Shown here: positions 1 to 724 of the stretch, piece by piece
Position numbering within the stretch: the first letter of the stretch is position 1
How the letters are laid out: each line of letters begins with the position of its first letter
Origin: Escherichia coli
GTDB taxonomy: Bacteria > Pseudomonadota > Gammaproteobacteria > Enterobacterales > Enterobacteriaceae
Assembly (NCBI RefSeq): GCF_003334815.1
Contig: NZ_QOWO01000120.1
DNA: 724 nucleotides
Strand: one strand, 5' to 3'
Position numbers and translations under genes: made by a program
Notes under the pieces: generated by a model
Told to the model about the DNA's origin: nothing
What the model saw: the letters and a program-made list of their open reading frames with translations, nothing else
Databases searched by the model: none

Positions 1-724
1 GTAAGTCACTGTGTGGATTATCATAACGGTAGCGGGTGATATCGCCGTCAGGGGCAGTTTCCTGAATCAGACGGCCCCATTCATCATATTCCCGGCGTAT
101 TTCCAGCCCGTCAGGCCCGGTGGCTGACGTTAACTGGCTGTGGTGGTTATAGTAAAACGCCGATGCCCTGCCATCCGGCGTGGTGATGCGCGTGATGAGG
201 CCCGTCACCACATCCGGACTGTATTCTGTTGTCCTGCCTGCGGCATCCGTCTGTGCCCTGAGCCTGCCCACCGCGTCAAACTGACTCTGCGTGACGCTGC
301 CGTCCGCGTGTTCCTTTTTCACCACCCGCTTCAGCCCGCCTTCACCCTGCGTGTGCAGGACTTCACGGCGGTTCAGGCTGTCGGTGATGGTGATGCGGTC
401 CTTCTCATACTGATACGTGTAACTTAAGCCTGCCGGGTTTAGCTGTTCTGTCACCCGCCCGTCGCTGTCGTAACGGTAACAGATTTCCGGTCGGCCCGTG
501 TGACGGTGCGCCACCATCCGGCCCCGGTATTTATCATCGTAAGTAAAGCTGCGCACCTGTGTATTGCTGCGGTCATACACCGCCGCCAGTTCGCCGCGGG
601 GCGTCCAGCCATAGCGCACCAGCGGCGCGGCAGGTAAATTCTCCGGGTATTCCGGGTCGTGCGTCAGCCACACGGCAGACAGACGGATGCCGTTGTCCCG
701 GCCATATTCGGTGTAACCCGGCAG
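1..724 (-). CDS. rhs: Rhs-family YD-repeat protein (polymorphic toxin core), internal fragment, partial at both 5' and 3' ends; codons run 724..722 down to 4..2, with base 1 belonging to the next incomplete codon
   Basis: Seen in sequence: I reverse-complemented and translated the window by hand; this minus-strand frame has 241 sense codons and no stop. The translation carries repeated YD-repeat signatures: FTYDDKYRGRMV (plus-strand coords ~509-544), CYRYDSDGRVTEQ (~449-478), REYDEWGRLIQETAPDGDITRYRYD (~20-91), FDAVGRLRAQTDAAGRTTEY (~221-280) and YGRDNGIRL (680-706). Established knowledge: this YxYDxxGR[LIV] pattern with ~21-residue spacing and elevated GC defines the Rhs/YD-repeat core, and I recognise the sequence from memory as close to the Escherichia coli Rhs core family. 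The family-level symbol is given because the paralog cannot be resolved; no start or stop codon lies in the window. Confidence 0.9.
   Translation of the reverse strand, partial: MPGYTEYGRDNGIRLSAVWLTHDPEYPENLPAAPLVRYGWTPRGELAAVYDRSNTQVRSFTYDDKYRGRMVAHRHTGRPEICYRYDSDGRVTEQLNPAGLSYTYQYEKDRITITDSLNRREVLHTQGEGGLKRVVKKEHADGSVTQSQFDAVGRLRAQTDAAGRTTEYSPDVVTGLITRITTPDGRASAFYYNHHSQLTSATGPDGLEIRREYDEWGRLIQETAPDGDITRYRYDNPHSDL

Noticed and set aside
137-146. Chi-like recombination motif gctgtggtgg on the plus strand
   Set aside because: It is not an exact match to Chi (GCTGGTGG), and I found no exact Chi octamer on either strand, so there is no sequence-level support for a specific RecBCD hotspot.
314-319. 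Possible programmed -1 frameshift site: minus-strand AAA-AAG lysine pair (gtg aaa aag gaa), reminiscent of the dnaX A-AAA-AAG slippery heptamer
   Set aside because: The preceding base is G, not A, so the full X-XXY-YYZ heptamer is absent. The only nearby downstream structure I can find is a 4-bp stem (gacg...cgtc), and there is no pseudoknot. Lys-Lys dipeptides are common by chance.
140-427. Plus-strand ORF from the supplied track (GTG start, 95 aa, Arg/Cys/His-rich, MVVIVKRRCPAIRRGD...)
   Set aside because: It is exactly antisense to the Rhs coding frame and in codon register with it. In that register an antisense stop arises only where the sense strand uses TTA, CTA or TCA. The plus frame is bounded by taa at 131-133 (sense TTA Leu) and taa at 425-427 (sense TTA Leu), with sense TCA giving tga at 125-127. 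Its openness is therefore explained by the GC-rich codon usage of the real gene. It has a non-ATG start, no evident ribosome-binding site, and a low-complexity arginine-rich product. Only ribosome profiling or proteomics could show otherwise.
515-517. The only in-frame ATG (Met) in the minus-strand frame, as a possible start codon
   Set aside because: The frame is open and encodes conserved Rhs repeat sequence well upstream of it (toward coordinate 724), and there is no Shine-Dalgarno-like purine run 5' of it on the minus strand. It is an internal methionine (RGRMVAH).

Overview
The whole 724-bp window is an internal fragment of one protein-coding gene on the minus strand, an Rhs-family (YD-repeat) polymorphic-toxin core protein of the enterobacterial type. 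The minus-strand frame with codons at 724..722, 721..719 and so on down to 4..2 is open across the entire window (241 codons, no stop), so the gene continues past both edges. Its translation reads LPGYTEYGRDNGIRLSAVWLTHDPEYPENLPAAPLVRYGWTPRGELAAVYDRSNTQVRSFTYDDKYRGRMVAHRHTGRPEICYRYDSDGRVTEQLNPAGLSYTYQYEKDRITITDSLNRREVLHTQGEGGLKRVVKKEHADGSVTQSQFDAVGRLRAQTDAAGRTTEYSPDVVTGLITRITTPDGRASAFYYNHHSQLTSATGPDGLEIRREYDEWGRLIQETAPDGDITRYRYDNPHSDL, with the hallmark YD-repeat motifs (YxYDxxGR[LV]) recurring about every 21 residues. The only ORF in the supplied track (plus strand, 140..427) is antisense to this gene and I judge it to be a compositional artefact. I see no RNA gene, CRISPR array, promoter, terminator or mobile-element end in the window. 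I cannot see a novel system here: the parts of an Rhs locus that vary and could be new (the C-terminal toxin tip after the core, and the downstream immunity gene) lie outside the window, beyond coordinate 1. The paralog (rhsA/B/C/D-like) cannot be assigned without a database search.
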